A stretch of 64,000 nt of DNA from Trueperaceae bacterium (GCA_965213925.1 OZ243927.1:1216001-1280000), one strand, 5' to 3'; positions 21,401 through 31,641 are shown, counted from the stretch's first letter. The notes: generated from the sequence alone by a model not told the origin. Numbers and translations are program-made.

Positions 21401-21883
21401 CTACTCGTCGTAGGTCGCCGCTCTCGACTCGTCTTTGGTGTCGGGCCGGTCCCCCTCGACGAAGTTCTTGATGGACTCCAGCGCCGAGACCAGCCCCTCT
21501 TGTACGTCGTCGCGGTCGGGCGCTTGTTCGGAGGTGTTGTCCCCCGGCGGGTCGCCCTCCCCGTGCGGGGGCGCGCCCGTAAAGGTCAGGTGCACCGTCA
21601 CGTCCGAGCCGTTCCCGTTCTCCGCGATCTCCAGCCAGCCCGAGTAGTACCCCTCGTCCGCGCCCCACTCGAGCCGGTAGTTCTCCCGGTCCTCCCGGAA
21701 GTAACCCTCCGAGTCGTACTCGTGCCCTTGGGCTTCGCCTTTGACCTCGACGCGCTCGCCTTGCGCGGGCTCGGCGCTGTGGGTCGTCGGCAGGTACTTG
21801 GGCAGGTTGCGCACGTCCGCGACGAAGTCCCAAACCCTGTCCGGTGACGCCTCTACGTTGGTGGTGTGTTCAAATTCGCTCAT
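21401..21883 (-). CDS. SRPBCC-family protein
   Basis: VEASPDRVWDFVADVRNLPKYLP; SD GGAGG. Confidence 0.85.
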   Translation of the reverse strand: MSEFEHTTNVEASPDRVWDFVADVRNLPKYLPTTHSAEPAQGERVEVKGEAQGHEYDSEGYFREDRENYRLEWGADEGYYSGWLEIAENGNGSDVTVHLTFTGAPPHGEGDPPGDNTSEQAPDRDDVQEGLVSALESIKNFVEGDRPDTKDESRAATYDE

Positions 21884-22282
21884 GCTACCCCTCCGACGCC
21901 AACGTAGACCTTTCGGGAAGAACCGTTATGATTCGCGCCTACAGTCTCTGCACGGGTTTCTGCACAAGTTTTTATAATAGCGGCTCACTATAAGACCTTG
22001 CGCGGCGTCGCACTTTCCTAGTCTCGGCTGGGTTTAGAGTGGGTGTAGCGGCACGCAGACCTCGAGCGTCTACGTGACGAAGATTTAGAGCGGTATGGGT
22101 TCCAATACGCTGTCTTAGATAAGTCCACAACGACAGTGACGTCTTCAGAAGCTGAGACCGCGAGGAGTTCGGAACGTGTTCGAAGCTGTCCCTGCCATCA
22201 GCGATGTGGAGGCTGAAGGGCTGTGAGATAACAGCCACGGTAGAGGGGTTGTAGGCGAAAGCTAGACGGCGCTGAAGAGAAA

Positions 22283-22314
22283 GAGGAGGCTCCACAGTTG
22301 GTGGAGCCTCCTCT
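22283..22314 (-). terminator. Intrinsic terminator of sodC
   Basis: AGAGGAGGCTCCAC / GTGGAGCCTCCTCT stem followed by a U-rich tail on the minus strand. Confidence 0.7.
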
Positions 22315-22326
22315 TCTTAGGTACAG

Positions 22327-23427
22327 CTACTGCGCCCGCTCGAGCACCCCGCAGGCGATACGCGAGCCCGCCTTGCCGCCTGGGTCGGTCTCCTTGTTGT
22401 CAACCCCCGCGTGGATGATGAGCGCCGTGCCGCCGGGCTTGAGGAACGGGTTCTCGCCCTCCAGACTCGCCAGGGGGAAGCGCACCTCTAAGACGGCGCT
22501 GCCGTCCCCATTAAAGGCGTAGTTATAGTTCTCGCTGTCGCCCACGTGCGGGCCGTTGTCCTCGCCGTGCCCCACGTTTGTCGGGTTGTAGTGCCCGCCC
22601 GCCGCGCCCGCTGCCTCTAGGACGCCGTCGCCGTCTGTATCAGCCGCCTCACAGGAACCGTTCTCGTGGACGTGGACGGCGTGCAGTCCCCCGGAGATGA
22701 CGTCGTTGGCGGAGAGGTCAAGCGCCATCAGCACGCCGCCCCCCTCGGCTTCGCTGAAGGTAGCCGTGCCGAGCGTGTTGGACAGGTCCTCGGCAGAGAC
22801 GACGGAGGCGTTAGCGCCGACCTCCACGTCGTCGTCACTCGTCACGACGACGTAACCCTGCTCCGACTCGCTCGCTTCGCCTGCAGCGTCCGTGACCTCA
22901 GCGCCGAACACGTAGGCGAACTCGTCCCCCGCGCCTTCTAGCTCAGTGATATTGAGCGCGTCCTCGTCCACCCTGACCTCGTAGATGCAGGTGACGCTCG
23001 TCGGGCTGTCCGAGAGTTCGCAGTCGCTCGTGGGCTCGCTGATGCCGGTAGGCTGCCCTAAAGTGAAGAAGCTCTGGGCGGGGTCCAAGGGACCGTTCAG
23101 CCCCTCGGGTAGGTCGTTGAGTAAGCTCACCTCGATGTCGGTGATGCCGTCCGGGTCCTCGTAGTTGACCTGTACGTAGAACGCGCCGCCCGGTGCGACC
23201 CGGATGACGCGGCTGTCCGAGGCGTCCGTGATGTTCCCCTCCGCGTCACTCAGGTAGGGACCGCCGTAGCTCTCGCTCACCCCGAAGCTGCCCGCAGGGG
23301 CGTCTTCGCTGACGTCCTCGCCAGGCTGGGTGACGTTCGAGCCGCCCAACTGGTCGCAGGCGACAAAGAGTAGCGGAAACAGAATTAAAAGTAGGTGTAG
23401 AGATGACAATCGGAAGAAACGCTGCAT
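22327..23427 (-). CDS. sodC: Lipoprotein Cu/Zn superoxide dismutase with an extra N-terminal domain
   Basis: Lipobox FVAC; HAVHVH, GGHYNP, GH, HVGD, IIH and GSRIACG ligands intact. Confidence 0.88.
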   Translation of the reverse strand: MQRFFRLSSLHLLLILFPLLFVACDQLGGSNVTQPGEDVSEDAPAGSFGVSESYGGPYLSDAEGNITDASDSRVIRVAPGGAFYVQVNYEDPDGITDIEVSLLNDLPEGLNGPLDPAQSFFTLGQPTGISEPTSDCELSDSPTSVTCIYEVRVDEDALNITELEGAGDEFAYVFGAEVTDAAGEASESEQGYVVVTSDDDVEVGANASVVSAEDLSNTLGTATFSEAEGGGVLMALDLSANDVISGGLHAVHVHENGSCEAADTDGDGVLEAAGAAGGHYNPTNVGHGEDNGPHVGDSENYNYAFNGDGSAVLEVRFPLASLEGENPFLKPGGTALIIHAGVDNKETDPGGKAGSRIACGVLERAQ

Positions 23428-23713
23428 AGTGCCCCCCATAGGCTATAAGTGGAAGTTGCGCCGCCCCTCGGCGGTGTGTGATGGTGCAGTGCTGATAGAG
23501 TCTCAGTGTGCTCTATAAAAGACCAAAAGGACAAGGGGGCAGCCTACACAAGGGGTAATTGCTGAACGGTATTTTAGGACCGAGCGCTTACACGAGAGAT
23601 GCTCCGCAACTTTGAAGACGCTCCAACCCAATGAGTGCTGCGGCGCTGTCCCCCTCGCTCCTCTTCCGTATGCTCTTCCTGAGGCGTCAGCCTCAACTCA
23701 AGGGGGAGTAGCT

Positions 23714-24187
23714 ATGAACGAAGACAACCTTAAACAACTCTTAGCCGATGGACTGTTGGCCCTCAAAGCGGGCGGGCGCATCGCCGCCGAGTCAGCCGAC
23801 GAGATCAAGGGCTCAGCGTCCGACGACGAGCTGAAGTCGCTGCTGGAGGAAGGCAACGAAAAGTCTAAAGAGTGGAGAGCGCGCGTGAACCGGGCGATGG
23901 AGGAAGTGGGCGCGAGCGGCGAGGGCGAGAACCCGATCATGAGGGCGCACTACGACGTCTCGAAGCAGATTCGCGAAGCCGCGCCGGACGACCAGGTACG
24001 CGACCTGGGCATCATCACCTCGGGGCAGCTGGTGTTGCACTACTGGATCGCGGCGTTCGGCACGATGGCGGCGTACGCGAAGCAGCTTGGGCTGGAGACG
24101 ACGAAGCAGGAGCTGGGAAGCTCTATGGAGGAGGCGAAGCAGGCGGACGAGGCGCACACGCAGCTCGCCGAGCGCATCATGAGCTAA
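23714..24187 (+). CDS. Ferritin-like DUF892/YciF-family protein
   Basis: RDLGIITSGQLVLHYWIAAFGT...EEAKQADE; SD GGGGGAG. Confidence 0.75.
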   Translation: MNEDNLKQLLADGLLALKAGGRIAAESADEIKGSASDDELKSLLEEGNEKSKEWRARVNRAMEEVGASGEGENPIMRAHYDVSKQIREAAPDDQVRDLGIITSGQLVLHYWIAAFGTMAAYAKQLGLETTKQELGSSMEEAKQADEAHTQLAERIMS

Positions 24188-24288
24188 GACGCCGGACTGA
24201 CGGGAGACAAGGAGGGGCTCATGGTGAGCCCCTTCTCTCATATTTGGTCGGGTCGACGGCAACGTGAGGCTGTTACACTAGTCGCCGA

Positions 24289-24810
24289 ATGATCTTCTTC
24301 AACTCCTGGGCAGATATAGGGCGCGTGCTGCTGGTCGGTCCGCTCGCCTACCTCACCCTCCTGCTGATGCTGCGCGTTTCGGGCAAAAGGACGCTCTCGA
24401 AGCTCAACGCCTTCGACTTCATCGTCACGGTCGCTTTGGGCTCGGTGCTGGCGAGCACGCTCTTGAGTAAAGATGTGGCGCTCGCCGAGAGCGTCGCGGC
24501 GCTGGCTGTACTCATCGTCGGTCAGTTCATCATCACCTACTTGTCGGTGCGTTCAAAACGCTTCCAGGACTTCGTCAAGGGGGAGCCAACGCTTCTCTAT
24601 TACAAACAGCGCTTCTTAGAGGCGCAAATGAGGCGTGCGCGTGTGACGAAAGAGGAGGTGAGGGCGGCGGTGCGGGCGAGCGGGCAGGGGTCGCTCGAGC
24701 AGGTCGGGGCGGTGGTGCTCGAGACAGATGGCAGCTTGTCGGCGGTAGGAGATTCAGAGAGCAGCGCTAGCGGGTGGCTTGCGAACGTCGCTGAGCCTGG
24801 AGAGGGATGA
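24289..24810 (+). CDS. DUF421/YetF membrane protein
   Basis: GKRTLSKLNAFDFIVTVALGS...LETDGSLS. Confidence 0.9.
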   Translation: MIFFNSWADIGRVLLVGPLAYLTLLLMLRVSGKRTLSKLNAFDFIVTVALGSVLASTLLSKDVALAESVAALAVLIVGQFIITYLSVRSKRFQDFVKGEPTLLYYKQRFLEAQMRRARVTKEEVRAAVRASGQGSLEQVGAVVLETDGSLSAVGDSESSASGWLANVAEPGEG

Positions 24811-25104
24811 ACCGTAGGGCCGAGCAAGGCTTCTGCAACAGACGCGCGCGTTAGTCGCACTGTAGTTCAGGACGTGCGACGGTATCATGGATTTGCGGCT
24901 TAATAAAGTGGCCGAACCGTTTTGACCCCCCTGCAGCGTCAAGCGCCCATAGCTGGGTTCAAAGCACCGCTTGTCGACATGCTCGAGCGCTTCCATTACG
25001 TAATTTTCGCACACCGCGCCAACAACTTGGCTGACCTTCCTTTTGTCGCGCCTCGCTGCTCCGATTTGAAAAGTTGCATCCTGCCCGCATAGGTTACACT
25101 TCAT
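24754..25104 (-). CDS. Hypothetical protein (CxxC N-terminus)
   Basis: Purine-rich SD-like sequence before MKCNLC; no recognised family; overlaps the convergent gene. Confidence 0.3.
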   Translation of the reverse strand: MKCNLCGQDATFQIGAARRDKRKVSQVVGAVCENYVMEALEHVDKRCFEPSYGRLTLQGGQNGSATLLSRKSMIPSHVLNYSATNARVCCRSLARPYGSSLSRLSDVRKPPASAAL

Positions 25105-25124
25105 TGCCTCTTTACCCTCTCGAC

Positions 25125-26740
25125 TGGCATTGGTCCATCGCCTTGGACAAAGTTAGTAGGAATAGACTTTGCTAAGGAGGAAGACAATGGCAGAAGGTAA
25201 AAGGGTTGTTCGGCAATATCCAGTCGAGTTCATACCCGCTGAAGCAGGGCACAGGAATTGGCGCGGTGGAACTGGTAGAAAAAAAGGGCTATCCAGTCAA
25301 GCTGGCGGCTTTAGCTTCCGCAGGAACGAACGGTGGCATCACTGAGGCAGCGAGAAGTCTGGGTATTTCCGAGTCGAACATCCACAAGTGGCGTAAGCAG
25401 TACCGGGAAGGGCGCTTAGTGATGGGGCATAAACGGGCACAGCCCACGGCTGATGAAGCTGAGTTACGGCGCTTGCAGGCGGAGGTGAAGCGGCTCGAGA
25501 CGGAGATTGGCGATTGTAAAAAAGGCCGCGAAGAGCCCTCAGCGAGAGGTTCCTTCGGAAGCTTCGCGCAATCATCTTTCAATCTAAGCGCGTAGATAAC
25601 GGCATGCTACGCAGTCGCGTGGACCGCTCCCGCTAGCAGCTGAGGCTCCTTTTTACTTTGCGAAACAGACGACCTAAAATGCACCTTCATCGAGGGGCAT
25701 CAAGGCGAGTTTTCCTGCTGTGTGAGGTGCTGGGCGTGGCTAGGAGCAGCTATTACCACTGGCGGGCGCGTCGGCAACGAGAGCCAAGCGAACGCGAGCG
25801 CAAGAACACCGAGCTACTGGAGAAGATCAAAGCGGTATTCGAGAAAAACAGGGGCAGGTATGGTAGCCCTCGGGTCCACCTAGAACGGGCAAAGCCCGCC
25901 CCTTCGGGGCTAGTTCGCTGAGCTGAAAAAGCAACAGGTCGCCTGCTCTTTGGGACGGGTCAAGCGGTTGATGCGTAAAGAAGGGCTCTTTGCTGTGAGC
26001 AGCAAGAAGGTCCACTTCAAACGGGAGCGGTGCGACCTCGAGACCCAGAACTTGTTGCTAGAGCAGCCACGCCCGACGGCGATCAATCAGGTGTGGCACG
26101 TCGATATCACGTACATTCCTACTGCCGAGGGCTGGCTCTACCTGGCGGGCGTCATGGACGCGAAGAGTCTTTAACAGCAGGTAGCATCTGGTCATGAACG
26201 CAGCAGGTTGGAAACGGCATGGTACGCCCTGTTAAAGACTTCTCTCCAAGCGCATTGTCGGCTACGCCATCCAGTCAAGCTGGACGAACGGTGAGCGACA
26301 ACATGAAGACCGACCTGGTGCTGCAAGCTCTACGCTCAGCCACGACCCGGCGCAAGCCCCCACCCGGCTTGATCCATCATAGCGACAGGGGGAGCCAATA
26401 TACTTCCTACGCCTATGGGCGTGAACTCGCCGCTTGTAAGATGTTGCCGAGTTTCATAGGTAAGGGCGCGTGCTTCGATAATGCGGTGATTGAAAGCTTC
26501 TGGTCAACGCTGAAAAGAGAACTCGTCTACCCAATAGGGCGCTTCGACACCCGCGATGACGCCCGAGTTGCAGTGTTTGAGTACATCGAGGTCTATTACA
26601 ACCGCGAGCGGCTGCACAGCTCGCTCAACTACGAGACGCCTGACACCTTCGAACTATCCCAACAGCAAAGAGAGAATCAGGAGGTGAGCCTAGCCGCTTA
26701 GCTGTATACTTTGGCTGTCCAAGGTTTTAAGCCAAGCCTA
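25125..26740 (+). mobile_element. Decayed IS3-family element interrupted by several micro-insertions
   Basis: orfA from ATG 25187 (YPVEF...AARSLGI); A6G slippery site at 25518-25524; orfB YGSPRVH, WHVDITYI, HHSDRGSQY, DNAVIESFW, YYNRERLHSSL; imperfect IRs sharing CCTTGGACA. Confidence 0.92.
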
Positions 26741-26865
26741 TCCGTCACCTTGACCTTGCGACTGGGCACGCGCTCTAGCTGCTGGACCAGCTCGAAGGCT
26801 TTGTAATCTTCGCCTGCCCTAAGGTATTGGTAGGAGGTGTAGCCGTCGCAGCGTTTGCGCTGCGT
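26741..26865 (-). pseudogene. 5' remnant of a membrane dipeptidase (M19-like) gene truncated at the IS3 end
   Basis: SD AAGGAG then ACG (mutated start) QRKRCDGYTSYQYLRAGEDYKAFELVQQLERVP; family assignment is from memory. Confidence 0.45.
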
Positions 26866-27147
26866 AGGTCTCCTTAAAAACGTAGCGATTAACTGCGCGG
26901 GTCGAGCACGTCACGGAGGGTGTTGCCAAGTAGATTAAAAGTCAATACGGTAATGGCGATGAAAAGCCCCGGCCAAACCGCCAACGTCGGTTCTAAAAAG
27001 AGGTACTGCTGCGCGTTTTGCAGCATGTTCCCCCAGGAGGCTAAGGACTATCGCCGAGGCTTTTTCTCGGTGATAGGGAATTAAACGGAATCCGTATCAC
27101 CCGTCTCGGCACAGCGCGCTTCACCCGAACGGTTTAGACTGTCAGCC

Positions 27148-27771
27148 GTGCGCACCCACTCTTTCGATAGGCTCACCTCGACCCGCTTCTGGCGGCGGCT
27201 TGTGCAGCTCAACCTCGGGCTCGCAGGTCTGGCACTCGGGATCGCCCTAGTTCTCACCGCGAATATTGGCTTGGGTCCTTGGCCCGTTTTTCACGAGGGC
27301 GTCAGCCTGCGCTCGGGTCTCTCGTTCGGGCGGGTTATGCAGCTCACGGGGCTGCTCGTTATCGTGCTCGGCTACCTCCTTTCGGGAATTAAGCCGGGGC
27401 TCGGCACGCTGCTCAACATGGTTCTAGTTGGATTGTGGGTTGACCTCTTCACGGCGCAAGGGTGGTTCCCGGTAGCAAACGAACTTCTCTGGGGAACGGC
27501 GCAGTGTCTGCTCGGTATTGTCTTGGTCGGTCTCTCGAGCGGGCTCTATATCACGGCGGGGTTCGGCGCGGGACCGAGAGATGGGTTGGTGCTGGGGCTC
27601 TCCCGAACTCTGAAGCTGAGCGTTCGGAAGGTGCGGGCACTGCTCGAGCTTTCCGTCTTGGTGACCGGCTTTCTCCTGGGCGGTTCGGTCGGACTGGGAA
27701 CGGTGCTATTCGCGCTCTTCATCGGGCCGCTGATGCAGTTTGCATTGCGGCTCTTTAAGGCGGGGACGTGA
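27148..27771 (+). CDS. YczE/YyaS-family membrane protein
   Basis: ANIGLGPWPVFHEG, GAGPRDGL, GGSVGLGT; TAGACT 7 nt before GTG. Confidence 0.88.
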   Translation: MRTHSFDRLTSTRFWRRLVQLNLGLAGLALGIALVLTANIGLGPWPVFHEGVSLRSGLSFGRVMQLTGLLVIVLGYLLSGIKPGLGTLLNMVLVGLWVDLFTAQGWFPVANELLWGTAQCLLGIVLVGLSSGLYITAGFGAGPRDGLVLGLSRTLKLSVRKVRALLELSVLVTGFLLGGSVGLGTVLFALFIGPLMQFALRLFKAGT

Positions 27772-28437
27772 CGCGCCGAGTTTCGTTCGGGTTGACCTGA
27801 CCTAATACACTTCGGGTGAGCCCGCCGGGTGCGTCCCTGACGGTCAGACACAATCGGCACTGCCTCGCTCAGGCGGCAGCGCCCACCATCTGCGACCGGG
27901 TCAGGTTGCTCCGGATGCGCGCCTCCGACACGGCGAGGTAGCGCTCGAGGCGCGGGTCCGCCGCGCCGACCTGCCTCAACATCCGACGAAGGGGCAGGAT
28001 TTGGTCGCAGCGGTATACTAAAGGGTGTCGGCCCCATCTTCTCTCCACGACGCCGCGCGCCACCCGGTGCTCGCTTCGCGCCCCGCACGGCTGGGGTGAA
28101 CGCGGAGCCCGATGTACTGGACGCGTGGGCGGGGGCTACAGCCCGAACCGACTGGCGGCGGACCTGCTGGAGCAGGCGGGACGGCGGCTGAGCACCCCGC
28201 GATAGGCGCTCACGTCACGCTCAATATACAAGCCAATAAAAGTTTTGACCAAAACAATTGATAAATCGCTCAGCCTTGCTGCGCTCGCTCTTTGCCCAAT
28301 TCACGTTTCAACGCAGCGTAGTTTAGCAGCGGGACTACTAGGCCTGTTGAAAGCCGCTTCGAGGTCATTCCTAGATTAGACAAAAAAGTAGTGGTAAGCA
28401 AAGAAGCCACGTTTTAGGGAGTATTTACTGTGCTAAG

Positions 28438-28720
28438 ACCAACTGTTCCATCGTTGTCTCTATCTTTGACATATAAAGGGGTTCTACCTGCGAGCTATAG
28501 GATAGACTCCGCCCTACGGCGAGCGTAGGATAGACTCCTCTGAGAGAAAGAATCTCGTCTTCCACTCTCAACTAGTTGAGAGTGCGAGTTACGAAGTTTT
28601 GGCAGTAGCCAATTGCAGAGTTTTAGCGTAACTAAACAAGACCTTTACGCCTTCGCCGGACTTCGTCGTACTGTGTAGACAGGGTAACATTCCATATTGT
28701 AGAACTTAATTGACAGTGCG
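28438..28720. mobile_element. Degenerate family-A MITE with tandem 28-nt modules
   Basis: AGAATCTC and ACGCCTTCGCCGGACTTCGTC...CAGGGTAAC; right end TTAATTGACAGTG; CTAAG/CTTAG flanks. Confidence 0.65.
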
Positions 28721-28880
28721 CTTAGTGCTTAAGGTGTGAGAGGCCTTGGGCTCGAGCCTCGCCCTTGCTCAGCTAACGCGACCCCGACTGATTACGACAC
28801 CGACTTTATGCATCAGGACCGAATTTCAGACTGGATAGGCGTGGTAGGTTAGCCCTCGAGATGAATTCGAGGGGGACATC

Positions 28881-31379
28881 GTGGATTTTGTCGAACGCAT
28901 TACACGCTTAGAGGTTGGACCCGACTTACAGACGCCCGGCACGCTCCAGGGCTACGAGCAGCGCGGCAGAACCGTGGAGGCGAGCTTTGAGCGCGGCAAG
29001 CTGCGCGTGACCTCGTTTGCCGAGGGCATCGTCCGGGCGCACTTTTCACTCACGGGAGAGTTTGCGCCGCGCCGCCCGTGGTCGATTACCGAGCCAGAAG
29101 CGAGCTTTGACGCGCCTGACTGGACCGTGCAAGAGGTGACGGGCGGGCTCGTGCTGTCAGCGGGGCTTCTGAAGGTTCATCTGGCTAAAGACGGCAGGCT
29201 GAGCCTCGAGCGAGATGGCGTCACGTTCGCCGAGGACGCGCTGCCCCCGCGCTGGCGCGAGATTCGGGCGCAAGACACCGACATGCGGCTGCGCAAAGGG
29301 GACGAACTGCCTGAAGGACGTGCCCGCTTAGAGGTGCGCTCGACGAAAACGCTGCCCTTGGACGAGGCCGTGTACGGTTTGGGCGAGCGCATCGGCAAAC
29401 TCGGGCGGCGCGGGCGCGTCCTGTCGAACTGGAACTTCGACCCCGATTGGGGACACGGACGCCACCAGAGCAACCTCTACCAGTCGCACCCGGCGCTCTT
29501 AGCGGTGCGTCCCGGCTTGGCGTGGGGGCTATTCTTAGCGTCGAGCTTTTACAGTCAGTTCGACGTGGGTCAAGCCAACTGGGAACGTCTGGAGTCGCTC
29601 ACGCTAGGCGGCGAACTCGACCTGTACCTCTTCTGCGGTCCGACGCCCGCCGAGGTCACGGAGCAGATGACGCGCCTGACCGGGCGTCCCTTCATGCCGC
29701 CCCTATGGGCTTTGGGCTACCACCAGTCGCGCTGGGGCTACCGCAGCGACGAGGAGATGCGCCGCTTGGTGCAGAACTTCCGGGGCGGCGACATCCCCCT
29801 GGACGTTTTGCACTTCGACATCGACTACATGCGCGGCTACCGCGACTTCACCTGGCACCCGGAGCGCTTTAGCGACCCGAAAGAACTGCTGGACGACCTG
29901 CGTGACGAGGGCGTCCGCGCGGTGACGATTTTGGACCCCGGCGTCAAGAACGACCTGGACGGATATGGCGCAGCCGAGCGCGGCGCGGAGCGAGAGGTCT
30001 TTATCGAGAACGAGGACGGCTCGCGCTTCGTGGGCTACTGCTGGCCCGGCGAGGCGCTCTTCCCCGACTACACCCGTGAAGAGGTGCGGGCGTGGTGGGG
30101 TGACGAGCTAAAGGAGAGCCATATCGACACGGGCGTCGCGGGCGTGTGGGTGGACATGAACGAGCCCTCCATTTTCGACGCGCCTTTCGACAGCGAAGAG
30201 ATTCCCGTCCAAAAGCCGCTGCCCCTCGCGACCCCACAAGGTGGAGGGCAAGGAGGCGACGAAAACGTCACGCACGCCACAACACATGCTGAGGTGCATA
30301 ACCTCTACGGTCACTTGATGGCGAGGGCCACCTTCGAGGGTCTTTACCGTCACCGCCCGGACGAGCGACCTTGGGTCTTGACGCGGAGCGCCTTTATCGG
30401 CACGCAGCGCTACGCCGCGAGCTGGATGGGCGACAACTCGTCGTGGTGGGAGCACCTGGAGGCGAGCTTGCCGCAGCTCTCGAGCATGGGGCTCGTCGGC
30501 TCCCCCTGGGTCGGCGTGGACATCGGCGGCTTCTTTGAAAACGCTCATCCCGAACTCTACGCCCGCTGGGTCCAACTCGGCACCTTCTACCCCTTTATGC
30601 GCACCCACACCTGCCAGGGCACGCACGCCCAGGAGCCCTGGTCGTTCGGCAACGACGTTGAGGAGATCGCGCGGCAGGCTATCAAGCTCCGCTACCGCTT
30701 GCTGCCGTACCTCTACACGCTGGCGCACCACGCCCACGAACGCGGCGAGCCCTCCTTCAGACCGCTCGTCTTCGACTTTCCCAACGACGCGCACGTCTAC
30801 CAGCTCCAAGACCAGGTGATGGTCGGTCCGCACCTCTTAGTCGCGCCCATCTACCACCCCGGCGAGACCCACCGCATGGTGTATCTGCCCGCTGGCACCT
30901 GGTACAACTTCTGGACAGGGCAAAAGGTCACCGCAGGGCACCACACGGTCCAAGCGCCGCTCGGGCGCATCCCCGTTTTCGTGAGAGGGGGCGCGGTCTT
31001 GCCGCTCGGCAACGAACGCGACTCGACGACGCAGCCTATGAGCGAACTCACGCTGAACGTCTACCCGGCCGGCGAACGCGCTTGGACAGTCCTGGAAGAC
31101 GACGGGCTCAGCTTCGCGTACCAAGAGGGCGAGCTAGCGCGGCTAGAGACGCACGTCAGCGAGACGGACGACGCGGTTCACGTGACCGTCACGCCCGATT
31201 ACGAGAGGTTCGAGCCCGCGCCGCGCGTTCTCGTCCTGGCGATCTGTCTGGCGTCGCCGCCCGAGCGCGTCACCCTGGCGGGCGAAGAGGTTGAGGGCGA
31301 CTGGGACGAAACGCGGCGCATGGCGAGCGTGCGTTGGCAGGATGACGGGCAGGCTAAAGAGGTCGTGGTGACGCGCTGA
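28881..31379 (+). CDS. GH31 alpha-glucosidase
   Basis: PPLWALGYHQSRW, DIDYM, WVDMNEP nucleophile, WMGDN acid/base. Confidence 0.93.
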   Translation: MDFVERITRLEVGPDLQTPGTLQGYEQRGRTVEASFERGKLRVTSFAEGIVRAHFSLTGEFAPRRPWSITEPEASFDAPDWTVQEVTGGLVLSAGLLKVHLAKDGRLSLERDGVTFAEDALPPRWREIRAQDTDMRLRKGDELPEGRARLEVRSTKTLPLDEAVYGLGERIGKLGRRGRVLSNWNFDPDWGHGRHQSNLYQSHPALLAVRPGLAWGLFLASSFYSQFDVGQANWERLESLTLGGELDLYLFCGPTPAEVTEQMTRLTGRPFMPPLWALGYHQSRWGYRSDEEMRRLVQNFRGGDIPLDVLHFDIDYMRGYRDFTWHPERFSDPKELLDDLRDEGVRAVTILDPGVKNDLDGYGAAERGAEREVFIENEDGSRFVGYCWPGEALFPDYTREEVRAWWGDELKESHIDTGVAGVWVDMNEPSIFDAPFDSEEIPVQKPLPLATPQGGGQGGDENVTHATTHAEVHNLYGHLMARATFEGLYRHRPDERPWVLTRSAFIGTQRYAASWMGDNSSWWEHLEASLPQLSSMGLVGSPWVGVDIGGFFENAHPELYARWVQLGTFYPFMRTHTCQGTHAQEPWSFGNDVEEIARQAIKLRYRLLPYLYTLAHHAHERGEPSFRPLVFDFPNDAHVYQLQDQVMVGPHLLVAPIYHPGETHRMVYLPAGTWYNFWTGQKVTAGHHTVQAPLGRIPVFVRGGAVLPLGNERDSTTQPMSELTLNVYPAGERAWTVLEDDGLSFAYQEGELARLETHVSETDDAVHVTVTPDYERFEPAPRVLVLAICLASPPERVTLAGEEVEGDWDETRRMASVRWQDDGQAKEVVVTR

Positions 31380-31406
31380 ACCTCTAACCAACTTCCTCTA
31401 CCTTAG

Positions 31407-31594
31407 TACACTGTTAAGTAAGTTTTGCGACCTTGTTGTCACCCCGAGTGGAGCGCAGCGTAATCGAGGGGTCTCGCCTCGCATTCTCTGTTAGACAAGA
31501 AGGCAAATGCAGAGATTCTTTCACTCCATAGCCTGCCCTGAGCAACGTCGAATGGGTTCCGTTCAGAATGACATGTTTCTTATTTGACAGTGTA
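31407..31594. mobile_element. Family-A MITE
   Basis: TACACTGTTAAGTAAG / CTTATTTGACAGTGTA with CTTAG on both sides. Confidence 0.85.
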
Positions 31595-31641
31595 CTTAGG
31601 GGCACACCCGGCGCAATATGTCATACTCTTTCGGAGGAACG

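Noticed and set aside
25206..26701. Four separate small genes, or an active transposase
   Set aside because: They are fragments of one IS3 orfAB broken by insertions and small indels.
27780..28430. ORFs and a possible IS end in the region after yczE
   Set aside because: GC-rich gene debris followed by an AT-rich tract; no family or matching second end could be identified.
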